Part shown: piece after piece, positions 1 through 11,919 of the stretch
Numbering within the stretch: position 1 is the first letter of the stretch
Layout: each line of letters opens with the position of its first letter
Origin: Paraspadella gotoi
Lineage: Eukaryota; Animalia; Chaetognatha
Length of the DNA: 64,000 bases
Assembly: GCA_051294375.1 (NCBI GenBank)
Contig: CM119270.1
Location: forward strand, 15,988,111 to 16,052,110
Direction of reading: 5' to 3'
Translations under genes and position numbers: made by a program
Notes under the pieces: model-generated
The model's input: only the letters and a program-made list of their open reading frames with translations
What the model was told of the DNA's origin: nothing
Database searches by the model: none

Positions 1-1270
1 ATAGGGCGCCGATGCCACCGCCGCCGACGCCCTTGTCGACGGCCTTCTTGTTCTCTATGCCGTAGATCTCCTGGAGGAGGTAGCAGAGGCCGTCCACCAT
101 TTGCTTTTGCTTCAGAGCCTTGATGGTGTAGCCGTCAGCGACGCGTTCCACGCATGCGAAGGTCATGTGGGAATGGCCCACGTGATCGTCGTCCTCGACG
201 ACGCACTGAGGAGAGGGCGGGAATAAATTGCAATGCTTATCACACCTAAATGAACCTCTCATTTATTCTGCTTTATTCTACCTGAATGACTATCGGGATG
301 ACGTCCTTGTTGGGCGAAAGTTGCCAGTCCTCGTCGGGGAACCGGCCGGGCTCCAGCACATGAGAGGCTTGCACAAAGAGCTGATTAGCTCCTTTCTTGT
401 AGCGATAGGTCTCCGAGCTCATGGTGACGTCTCGCGGCATGTAGATGGCATGATTGGACTCGATCGTTTCCGACGCGAAGTAGAGGATGGTGATGGCGCA
501 GCGGGCATCCGCGTCAAAGGTGAACTCAATGTTGTACCTTCGATGGGGGTAGGAGATTACATTTTTTTAAAAAATTTTACAAGCAGTAGTTAGTAAATAT
601 ATGAATGTGTTTTTCTTATTTTGAATGTAATTAAAAACTAAGTTCCCGATTTGCAAATGGAAACAAGACTTTTTACCAAGTTATTTTTCAATTGCGCTTT
701 ATGTATTTTATTTCAAAGAGCAAATGATGCTCACTTTGCTTTCGGAGGCGATTGGCCGTTGCCGCGTTGAGCAGAGGGAGCCGAGTCTTCGTCGTCTTCC
801 GGAATCTCGACGCCAGATTTAAGGGAGACTCCGTCTAAAAATTAGGCAATTTTTGTTTCTCCTTAAAAGTAAGCACAAACTTAGTAAATCTTTTACTTCT
901 CTAACTCACCTTTACTTGTGGCGGACCCGACCCTGTGACTAACGGCCTCCGTTTCGCCATCGTCGTCAACGACTCGAACGAGACGGAGCGAGTCTTTGCG
1001 GATGTTGACGAGCGACTTGATGGTCTTGGTGGGTTCGTTCGACTGCGGCGCCGGGTAAGGAAAGGGCAGGGGACGGCTGCCCAAAAAGTTTAGGTCCTGG
1101 TTTTCGCCGAACAGGTAGGCTTCGGGTTGGGTCGACTCGAACCGTTCCCCGCCCATGATAAAGTAGGAGCCGAAATAACAGCCGCTCTTGGGAGGATAGC
1201 GGTAGGCGTGGCTGGGCGGAATGTCCAACTCCTCGACTCCGGCGTTCTCGCGGCTGGCGAAGGCGCCCAT
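1..1270 (-). CDS. MGRN1: Mahogunin/RNF157-family RING E3 ligase, 5' part (spliced, continues beyond left edge)
   Basis: ORF 893..1270 reads MG...YRYPPKSGCYFGSYFIMGGERFESTQPEAYLFGENQDLNFLG...PTKTIKSLVNIRKDSLRLV, the conserved MGRN1/RNF157 N-terminus. Further exons at about 835-734, 537-282 (YNIEFTFDAD) and 206-1 (KQKQMVDGLCYLLQEIYGIENK). The RING domain lies outside the window. Confidence 0.92.
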
Positions 1271-2218
1271 GGTCGGAAAGGAGAAGCAAAGGGTTGGCGG
1301 AATCGGAGGGAGAGATTCAGAGGGAAATCATCGCCGAGGGAAGAAAGGACGATGACAAAGCCGGGAGCGAAACTAAAGGGAAGAGAAAGATTGATCGAAA
1401 ATAACGAAGAAAAGATAACAATGAGGTATATAAAAACTATCAATAACACATTTTCATGAAATGATACGTAGAAGAAGAAAAAAACTTGTAGCAAACAAAG
1501 ATGAGTCTGAACAAGAAAAAAAACATTCGATCCACCCCTTCTTTTCTTGGAAAAAAAAATTAGCCCTCATAAAACAATTACACCGTCGAATACCCTTAAG
1601 AATAGCTCATCATTGGAGAGCCATTTTTCCTCCCCTAACTTTTAAATCTGCAGACAAAGTAAAACTGAAATCGATAAAAGATTAATGAGGATGATCTCTT
1701 TGGTTTGGATTCGCTCGAATGGCGGAGTCTCAGTGAGGCGCCTGCGCTGAAGGCGTCCTCTCTCCGCCGAGGACGAGGCCGCCCAACAAAAGACAGGAAC
1801 AACAACAAACAGACGACGTGCTCCTCTTTTCCTAGAAACCGAGACAAATCGAACTTGACAGGACCAGGACAAATTGTCATTTTTATACTTCATTATGCTT
1901 TTATCTAGTCAAAAGATTTTTATAAATCAAGAAAAACGTTTCTGTGGCCTAAAAATCCGGGAACAATCTACGATCACATCATCAGTGAATATTTTTCATG
2001 GTTAAATAATTTGTTAAAAATTACATAAAAACTCATAGCTATATACGAAGGACTCCATTTGACTCCAACAGTAAAATCTTCATTTAAATTCCACGGTTAC
2101 ACCCGGAGGAATCGGACGTTATTCCCAACAATCACTGAAACGACGACCACGAAAGCCAAACAATCCAGACTTGACTCACAAAAGAGGACGACGACAACAT
2201 GATACGGACGAACAAACA
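1271..2218. promoter_or_regulatory. Divergent intergenic/5'UTR region, candidate bidirectional promoter
   Basis: Start codons at 1270 (minus) and 2219 (plus) are under 1 kb apart, with a CpG-rich patch at about 1700-1870. Confidence 0.55.
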
Positions 2219-5200
2219 ATGGAACTTTTTATAACCGACGCTCATTACATTGTCAAAGATGGGGAAAACAGCCTATGGTGTTGTCGCGAGTCGGGGAACT
2301 TGGAATCCAGGTCCGCCCAGTGGATCGACGGAGCTTCGAACCCGATCTGTTTGGGGACAGTGGAAGGCATCGTGGGGAGAGTGCAGTATCTGCCCGACGC
2401 GGAGTGGCGTCTGGTTCTCGTCACTCGGGCAGACTACAAGGGAGATTTGCCCGGGAACCACAGGGTAAAGAGCTTTGGTGAAAAATTTGAAGCTAAAGGG
2501 AAAAGACGATAGATTTTTTCGTATGTTTTTCTAAGGTCTTCCAAATTGCCAAGATCGCCGTGTTGCCCCTCAACGGCTTCCCGCCACCGCCTGATTTTCA
2601 ATTAAACAAATGTCGGAAACATTCCCACGAAATCGAGGGAGAAAATGGGAAGATGTCATTTCCCTCGGGGGCCAGCGGTAAATCCTTGGATCCCAATTGT
2701 TATACATCACTTGGATTCCATTATAATGTAAAATCTACAAATTTGAATTTGTTTTAACTTATAGGCTCGGCCGTCCTCAGCGCTTTCACGACATCCTCCC
2801 AAAAAGGGATCCAAGCTTTCAAAACGTTCGGAGATTCTATCAAATCGGCGGCGGGGAATGTAAAAAACGCCGCCGGGATCTCCGGCGGCAAGCGGGAATT
2901 TCCGCGGGAGAAGTACGAGAAGAAAGTGTCCGAGGAAATTCACCGAATGTTCGGCGCCGACGGACCCGGCGGCTTTTTTTACTCGCCCACTGGAGATTTG
3001 ACCAACAGGTTTAATTCGTGTAGATTTAGATCCAGAAGGCATTAAGAAATACAAATATGTATGAATGTATTAATATGTAAAATTCCTTTAGTATTCAACA
3101 TCAGCACCATCCGACCTACGACGTTAATGAACCGCTACATAAAAGAGTAGATAAACAATTTATATGGAACCATAAACTTTTGGAAGATCTCAATCCTGAT
3201 GAGGTAAAGCGATTATAATTAGTTTTAGCAAACAAGCCGTGAGCCTTCTAAATTATTAATTAATCTAAATGTTCCTTTCAGCTATCAAACTCATCGCTTG
3301 AAACGTGGTTTACGCCGATAATTTTTGGCTTTGTTCAAATTGATACTTGTCAAATGAATTTTCAAGAATTTTATTCTACTTATGGCTCTAATTGTGATGA
3401 ATACAAAATTGCTCTCGTTTCGCGACGAAGTCGTTATCGAGCTGGTAGTATAAACGGTCTAAATTATAATAATATTAAATTAGTTGCAACTTGGATCCTC
3501 GAATAAACGCACTTTTAACAACAGGTACTCGATATAAAAGAAGAGGGATAGATCAAGAAGGACATGTAGCAAATTTCGTGGAAACTGAACAAATCATTGA
3601 GGTTGCTGGCGACCATGTAGTTTCGTTTGTTCAAACGAGAGGATCGATTCCTGTCTTTTGGAGTCAACCGGGGTGAGTCAATGAGCGATGAATGAACAAA
3701 ACATTTTCATTGAATGCAACATTTTTTGTCGTAGATTCCGTTACCGGCCTCCACCGAGACTTTATAAAGACTTCGAAACTAGTCATGAAGCTTTAAAGAA
3801 ACACTTTGAAAATGAAGTGCAAAAGCATGGCCACGTAAACATCGTTTCACTAGTTGACGATTCAGGTGACCTGCCGTCAATAGCCATGGATGATGGAGCT
3901 TCATATTTACCATTATTCTTATTTTGTTGGAATGTTTTTTAACCGTAAACAGGCAAAGAAAAAATTTTGGGAGACGCTTACATTGATCATATTCTCGCGA
4001 TGGATTCGCCACATTTAACCTATATTTCATTTGACTTTCACGAATACTGTCGCGGTTTAAAATTTGAAAACGTATCCGTTCTGTTGGAAAGCATCCAAGA
4101 TATTCTTAAAAACATGCGTTATTCGTGGGTTGATCATAAGGTATGGTCAAAATATCTGAACGGACAATGTATTAAGTCTTTAAATAATAAAATAGTCTAT
4201 TATTGGAGATTAATATCCGTCCATAAGAATCCGATTTCCATTCGCGAGATTCTGCTTCCAACAAATGTTTTATACTATCACAACCAATTCGTACGTCTCT
4301 TCATTACACATTTACAGGGACTCATCTGCGATCAGAAGAGTGTCTTCAGGATCAACTGCGTCGACTGTCTCGACAGAACCAACATCGTTCAAACCGCCAT
4401 CGCAAGAAACGTGATGGAGATTCAATTTCGCAAGGTCGGTCTGCTCCCGCCGGAAGTGAGCCTTCCGTCATCATGCAGGATCAAGTACCAAGAGATTTGG
4501 GCCAATAATGGTGACGCCCTAAGCCGTCAGTACGCCGGGACCGCAGCTCTCAAGGGAGATTTCACGCGAACTGGTAATCATTTCATTTTTAGTCGATCTG
4601 ATTATCAGCAAATTCCGACTCTAGAATTACAAAAAAAAAAGATGTCCGTCCGTCCCACCTTAGCATTAAACTCCAATTACTTGTGATTGGATTTCTGGAT
4701 AGGAATGACATTTGTGTGTGGGCAGGAAAGTGGTTGAGATCGCGCGAGTGGAAATAGGTTTAAATGGAAAAAAAAGTAACATTTACTTGAATCTTTTTAC
4801 TTATGTGAATTCATAATTACTACTAATTAATCATAATTGGATAAATGGATTGAGATGAAATTTTGTGAGTGTGTATGTAAGTAAATAAGTGATTAAGCTG
4901 GGTATAAAGTTTCGATGGAATCGTGGCGAGTGGAAATGGGTTTAAATGGAAAAAAACAAAAGTCACATTTACTTTGAATGTTTTATTAAGTTTAAAAGTT
5001 TTTTCTATCTCTCTCAACAATCTTAGTTCTGCCCATGACAATTGAGACTCTTTTAAATCGCGTCGAAATGAAAATGAATTGAAAACTTAGAATGTAAAGT
5101 AAGGATTTCAGAGAGAAATTTGAATTAATTGGCAACTGTGGCGATTCCTAAATTCGCCTCCCGTATAGCTTGGTGAAACTCAGCTGTCCCATTGGCTTGG

Positions 5201-8200
5201 ACAGCTCTCCAACCGTGAGTTCCGGGTGTTCAATCCCTTCACGGTCACGCTGTTTAAAGTGTGATGGTGTCGGCATAAACACGCCAGTGACATGGGGTCG
5301 TCACTGCAGGTCCAAAGCCTTGAGCGCCAGCTGTCGGAGATGCCTCACACCCCAGGCATCACACATGTCCCTCTGTTGCCATACAACAACGATTTATTTT
5401 TCAAGCGCCTAACGCTAATGAAGACTTGAAATACAGTCGAAACATGTACATTTTTCTCTTAAAAATAAATCGTTGTTACCAATTAATTCTAATTTTCTCT
5501 AATAAAAACGAAAGGATTATATAAAGATTATAACGCCAAGTAATGATTTCAAAATCAAGAATTGAAAATCATAAATTAATTATGGTGGACTAAGATCTAC
5601 CAACCGTTCATCAGTGACCATTGGTGCAGGAGGAAAGTCATTCGCCTCCCAACCCAAAGGTCCGGGTTCTCGCCGCGGTGGTGGTCGCCTCGCTGTTAAG
5701 AATAAGAGGGACGGGGCGCTTAACCCGCCTGTAACACGGTGTTACAACCTGATCCGAAGCTCAGGGACTTCTTATATTGAACGGTTCTTCACTAACTCAT
5801 AACAATTATTACTGTCTCTTCAACAGTGAATTTATAATAATCAAGTATTGCACCATGAATTAATGATCATGAAGTGTCTCTCGTGAATGACTATCACAAA
5901 CTGATAATTGGAAAGTGATAATTTTAAATTGACTATCTTCTTTTATGAATTAATTTTAAAATAACTTTTGCTTGCAGGATCACGATACTTTAAATCTTTG
6001 CCGAATGGCTGATTGTTAATTGCTTTAGCGATTCTCTATACCCATAAAAAAATTTTCTGGTTACCTAACTTTTCTTTTTTATTACTAAGATAATAATTTT
6101 TCTAAAAAATTAACTTTTATAAAAAAAATGCTTTTTTGTCAGCACCCACCTCATCTTCCCTTATATATGAAATAATAATTTTTTGTCTGTTTTAAAACCA
6201 GATAGCTCTACAAATAAAGTAAAATATTGGTAAATATAATAATAATCATTTTATTTCAAGTAAAGATTAACAAGTTTAAAAAAATTTGCAAACAAAAAAA
6301 AATATTAAGAATATTATTTTTATTAACAAAATAATTTTTCAAATTATAAAATATTATTAATGCCAGAATAACCATTCAGTTTAAAAGCGATTTGCATGTA
6401 TTTGCTCAGCTACTGGTTGATTGATCAATTGATTTATAAAATTTGTTAGTCTGTTATGATTTGTTATGTTATGATCTGTTAAAATTACTAATTGAAAGAA
6501 TTAATGTGACCGATTAGCTGGTTACCACTAAATTATTGTAGGCAGATCCGACATTGTTTGTTCAAACTTGTTTAAAGCTCTTTTCGAATCCAACACGTTT
6601 TACATTTTTAGGGGAACGGAGATTCGCCGGGCTAATGAAGGACGGCTACAACTCAGCAAGCCGATATTACTTGAACCAATTTAAAGATGCATACCGCCAA
6701 CTAGCCATAGATATATTGTCTGGTCAGCCGATATCGGACGATCTCAATGCCTTGACGGCAATGATATCAGGGAACCGAAGCGAGGTATGAAACAAGATTA
6801 CTATAGTGTTTGACAAAAAATTTAAATACACTCGTATGCAAAAAAACAAAAAATCGAGCCACTTTATAACTTTAAATTTTTTTTATTTTAAATTTATTAT
6901 AAAGAATACAAAATATTGTTTAAAAAAAAAAAATTAAATTAATCACATTGTTTCAAGTTCAGCTCTGAAATGGATGTCCCGATTTTCATAAAATTTTTAT
7001 CAAATTTTTTTTAATAAATTTTAATTTATTTTTAATTTTTTTTAAAAATGATTTTAAAAAGATATAAATAGCGCGAATTTTTTAAATATAACTGTATTTT
7101 GCACTATGTTGAAAAATAAAGTCGTTCTTAGGAACAAATAAAAAAGTATGTGAAGAAAAATCTGGTCTTAATTCTTATAATCTAAAAAATATATATTATT
7201 AAAAAATATATTATTACAAATATATAATATTAACTATACTGAATAATATCAAAAAATCGTTTCATTTTAAAATATATATAAATTTTAATCATTATATTAA
7301 AAGCTACGAAAGTCGCTGTCACTGGCGAATGTTTTTATTTGTTTTTATTTTCCTACTTGGTATCTACTTGAACAACTTTCTAACTATGTTAAAACACCAG
7401 GTCGATGGCGATAAAGGGTCTTGCGACGAAGAGATGACAGAGGAGTGTGTCAAGCTGTTGATCGACAGCTGCAGAAAAGACCTACTCCCGCCCGACGAGT
7501 ACTGCCTCGGCGGGTGGGCGTTGATCGACGCCGGAGCAGATGATGCTGACGACCTTCAGACTGACATGGATATAGTCTTGCTTCTCAGTCAAGCCGCTTT
7601 CTACGTGGCCAGCTACGACGACGAAGATGACAAGGTTCGAATGAATGGTTTCGAAAAGAACTCATCCCGAACCGTTACTATGTTGACAAAAAAATTAAAA
7701 CCGCTACAATACCCACTTTAAAAGATAACTCATTTTCAACGGATACCATTGGATCGCTTGGATCGGATCGAAGTCGGCCTTCTCCCGGAAAAAACATCCT
7801 TGTTGCAAATCGGCGGCGGTCGATTGTCTCACGGTTCCGGCGGAAGAACGCCATTGCCCTGCATACGCTTACATTTTCGTGATCTCTACGGAAAGGCGGG
7901 ATATTCTCATCTTTTCAGAGCCGCTGGTACGGAAAATTTGGATTAAATAGTGATCAATCATAGTTCATCCATTAAACCGATCAATCAGGTTTGCGCTTTT
8001 TCAACAACATGGCGGTTCGAATTCACACGGCGGAAGAGTCCACCGAAGCGCTCAAGGCCGTTTACGAGTCGTTTGCGGCAGCAACAAACCTTCATGGCTT
8101 CGGTATGACTTGTTCTCTTAAATCACAAAACACAACGAAAAGAGAGATTTAATACGATGACTTGTTCTCTCAAATTTCCTTTAAAAATTTAACAAGGAGA

Positions 8201-9526
8201 TCATTCTCAGATTTGCCGCTGATCGAAGTTAACGGAAGACTAAACAAGCACAAGTCGCACACCCAAAAGCACATTCAAGAATTGACGACGAAACTGTGCC
8301 TGACCGCGGCAGAGGCGTCCGGAGCGACATTGCCCAAAAACTTCGCGATATCGCCCGGGGAGGCTTTTATGTCCGGGAAGATGGATGGGTAAGGATTAAG
8401 GCATATCAAGAAGGAATATTTTTTAGCATTTAACGAGATTGATTACTTTTTTACAGACAACCTGAGAAAAACTATAAAAATCTTTTACCTGGCAACGTTG
8501 GGTCAAAATTAACGTCCAAACTCAGTCCGTCAAGCACATCGGAATTTGGACACAAAATCGCAGGTAAACTGGCGAAAATTATGCCATGAAAACTTTTCTT
8601 CAGCATCATTCTGATAATTTAGACGTAGGAAGAGGAATGAACAAACTGGTGTCTACCTTGAATCCTCTGAAGCTAAGCCCAAGCACCTTAAGAAAAAAAG
8701 ATGTGGAGAAAAATCCACCCGATGCCTTCATGCCGATACAAGGTAAATAAGATATAGATCGAGTTTCAACACATTGATTACAAATTAAATATAAGACCTT
8801 CTTTTAAGAACCTTCGAACTGGGAAAATGGAAGCAGTATAGCTTGCTCCGCGCCTCATAATAATGTGGACCAATATTCAAACGTAATTTGCGAAACAAAT
8901 GCTTTCGGAAATAGTCGAAGCTGCAAAGGTAATTTGAAGTTTGTTTCTTAGGACGTCAACTATCTACCTTCTTTGAACGTGACGAACTCTGCCGGAACCG
9001 ACACGGGTTTTCCCGAGGAACAAACAGCGTTCTCGCGTATGAAACAAAGCTTTTCTGAGACTTCGTTGGGTGGAATCGCCAGTGCCACTCTGGGGTCCTT
9101 ACTTGACCCCAACGCGGTCTCTTTTCACGCCAGTACTGGTAATGTCGGCATTCGTGAGATTTTCATTCAGATAATAAGTATCTCCTGTGATGATACCTAA
9201 AATGAACTACTCTCGAAATTTAGGAGAGATTGCCATGAGCGAAAACGAGTCCTCGCCACAACCGCAGATCGCGTACCATCAAGTCGGAGAGGCGAGAGGA
9301 ACTTTCCTCAAGAACCTTCCCATTCCTAAACTTCCAGCGGGAACGTGCGTAGACAAATTTGGTAGAAGTAATATTTTTCGTAGTAAAATATTTATCTCTT
9401 GAAAAAATCTATAGGATAAAGCTCACGCTGTCACCTGGCACTCCACAACGGGCAGTGGAAACGGAACGAGAACTGGCCATAATAAACAAAATTCAAAAAT
9501 CTCAGAGCAGAGTGCTTCGGTTATAA
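2219..9526 (+). CDS. INPP5F: Phosphatidylinositide phosphatase SAC2 (about 20 exons)
   Basis: Starts MELFIT. Sac domain motifs [34 protein letters not shown], catalytic [12 protein letters not shown] (CX5RT), [26 protein letters not shown]|[19 protein letters not shown]. hSac2 domain ([22 protein letters not shown]). Ends SQSRVLRL* at 9524-9526. GT-AG introns throughout, the longest 4574-6611. Confidence 0.93.
4586..5050. repeat. Intronic interspersed repeat with GTCC microsatellite and internal direct repeat (Helentron/HINE-like, tentative)
   Basis: gatgtccgtccgtccc at 4641. A ~55 bp direct repeat (gcgagtggaaat.ggtttaaatggaaaaaaa...acatttact) at about 4740-4793 and 4920-4980. Confidence 0.3.
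5112..5500 (+). mobile_element. Penelope-like foldback remnant carrying a degenerate minimal type I hammerhead ribozyme
   Basis: Core CTAATGA(5415-5421)-A-GACT/tgaaatac/AGTC-GAAA(5439-5442)-CATG-TA. Perfect 17 bp inverted repeat 5385-5401 / 5461-5477, extended by 5112-5136 / 5475-5500. Confidence 0.6.
5137..5383 (+). mobile_element. Solo-LTR-like (or short-TIR) element, 247 bp, with 4 bp target site duplication
   Basis: Begins TGTGGCGA, ends TTGCCATA (imperfect terminal inverted repeat), flanked by CAAC at 5133-5136 and 5384-5387. Homologous to 17266-17492. Confidence 0.6.
5615..5800 (+). mobile_element. tRNA-derived SINE, degenerate
   Basis: A-box-like TGGTGCAGGAGG, anticodon-arm-like TTCGCCTCCCAACCCAAAGG and truncated B-box CCGGGTTC, followed by a GC-rich body in AT-rich intron. 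Confidence 0.45.
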
Positions 9527-11919
9527 TGAAACAAAAATGTGAGATTTCAATAAGCAACATTGTTGCTGAGTAACAGGAGGCATTATACGTGAAATAAGTG
9601 AGGCGGGATAAAAAGCCTTTTTTCTTATATTCTACGAAATTATCTACATTTGAAAAACCAGCGAACGGCATTCCGGATTACAGTTTTGCCCCCGTTATTT
9701 TGAATTATTTTCTGTCCATTTGCTTCATTGAAAACAAAATTCGAGAGCTTTAGCTTACCTCTAAGAAAATGTTCGTTGACAGTGTTTCAATTTCCATCAT
9801 TATTCTCCTTAAAGATTTTTTATACCCAGTACAAGTTTATTATATTAATTTAATTCTCGATATTGCTTAATTTTGATTTAAATAATTCATTTGGTGAAAA
9901 TCCAAAATTTTTTTTATAAAAAATATATCCAAAAATATCGCAGTTCGATTTAGAGAATTGTAAGCGATTCGCATGTATTGCGCAAACAATATTTTTTTGT
10001 ATTTAAACTATTTAAAAAGGAAAGCATAATATTTTATTTTGAAAATTTTAATAAGTTTCAAAATCCATTAACTTTTTTTAATTGTGTAGTCTTTATTACC
10101 TGGTTGTTACTGATTGTCATGCGGTTGTAAATGAAAAAATTAAAACTCATTTTTATAAGTGACCAGTTGATCAGTTGAATAAGTTTTCATTGACAACCGC
10201 CGAAATATACAAAAAGACGGGAGAATCTGAAAAAAATATCCTTAGAATTCAAAACAGTTTCTATGCTAACCCTGAATTAATACATTTTTTCTATTATATT
10301 TTAAGCGTTGCTTCTCTACCATTTTTAATTATTTGAGCTTGGGGTACATTGACATCTTCAATATTTCATAGTTTTATTTTCTTAACTGGATCATTACAAA
10401 ATTTTAGTCCATCGATTTAAAATTGAGTAAAGATATTAATTACTTACGTAGAGAACAAATTTAATAAAAGCAAGTGAACAACAAGAATCGGGAATCAACA
10501 ATTGCTAGTTATTTAGTAACCACTTTAGTTTACCATTGAGCCACTATTCATCCAAGGGAGGGCTAAAAGAAAAACAAAATGTGATTTATGCATTATAAAA
10601 TTGGTACAACCAATACAAATATCAGTTTATTTATGTAATAAAAAGGCTATCTTACCCAATGCCATTGGACAGGTTTTGGTGGGTGAATTATACCACACCT
10701 CTTGCAATATAATAACATCCCGTTTTCAACACTATGAAGCTTATGGGACCGGGGGGGCAACCTTTCTCGGTTTTTTTTTGGGTCAATTTTTGACCACTTG
10801 AGTGAAAAACTGAAGACGTTTGTCTCTTTTTCTCTCTTATTTTTTTTCTGTATCAAATCATGGATTTTTTAATGCCATCGATGATATACTGAAACACAGT
10901 TCTGAAATATTTGGCAACTAAATTTTTTGTTTATGCACAGAAATCTTAATGAAACTAATTTTAATATTAACATAACTTTAGTATTACATCAGGTAATATT
11001 TTGGTACTTATCACAAGCACTGGTGCTGACTCGGTGACAATACAAAATTTAACTAGTCATTTAATATCTAATTTATAGTTAACGAGCTTGTATATAGATA
11101 GTGACTGCTTTTGACTTAATTTATTGTTCATTAGATCAAGAAAATAAAATCGCGATTTCGAGCAATAAACTTTAATAGTTAATTTTCAATGAAGGATCTG
11201 ACTTATATCCTAATATAACTCATATAAAATAATTATAAGACTTTGAATCATTTTGAAAATAATTGATGATTTTCACACTTCATAGAGGTATCTTCCGGTC
11301 CCACGAATAAGTTAGGATCTACAAAGTAAATTTTTGGACGTGGGTATAATTTTATTTTTATTTCAAATAATTAATTAATTATCGAAACTTACCAATTATC
11401 TTGTCGCTCTTCGACTTGACCGATCAGATTGTTTTTTGCCAAGGTCCGGGTTTGCCGATTCAAGTCTAAATAGACATATTTTTTTTTTTTTTTGATTTTC
11501 AGAATTAAATTGTGACTTTTTTTTTCAATAGTCGAATAGGTAAAAATAAGGGTGTTGGTACAACGTCGCTTTGAAATATCACATCTAACACCAAGATACC
11601 AAACTGAAAGAACCTTTCCAGCCGGGTTAAAAAAAGGATAATAATACATCATCCAATGTAATGATAACTTGAATTGTAAAAACAGCGAGAAAAATAAGGT
11701 TTACGTTTAACCTGATTCATTCTACATCTAAAAGCTGACGCGAGGCCGCGACGAAATGTATAATGTATATAAGTTAAGACGGATTTACCCTCAATACAAC
11801 TATTTTAATATACTATTAATAATAATAAAAAAATAATAATAATAATAATACGTTGGATACTATTATCGACCACTCTTCAATTCAGTTTTTTGTCCTCTCT
11901 CTCGTACGTAATATATAAA

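Noticed and set aside
5858-5909. C/D box snoRNA candidate (ATGATCA...CTGA with aatta/taatt stem)
   Set aside because: Only ~50 nt, the C box is mismatched at a pairing position, and no guide is recognisable.
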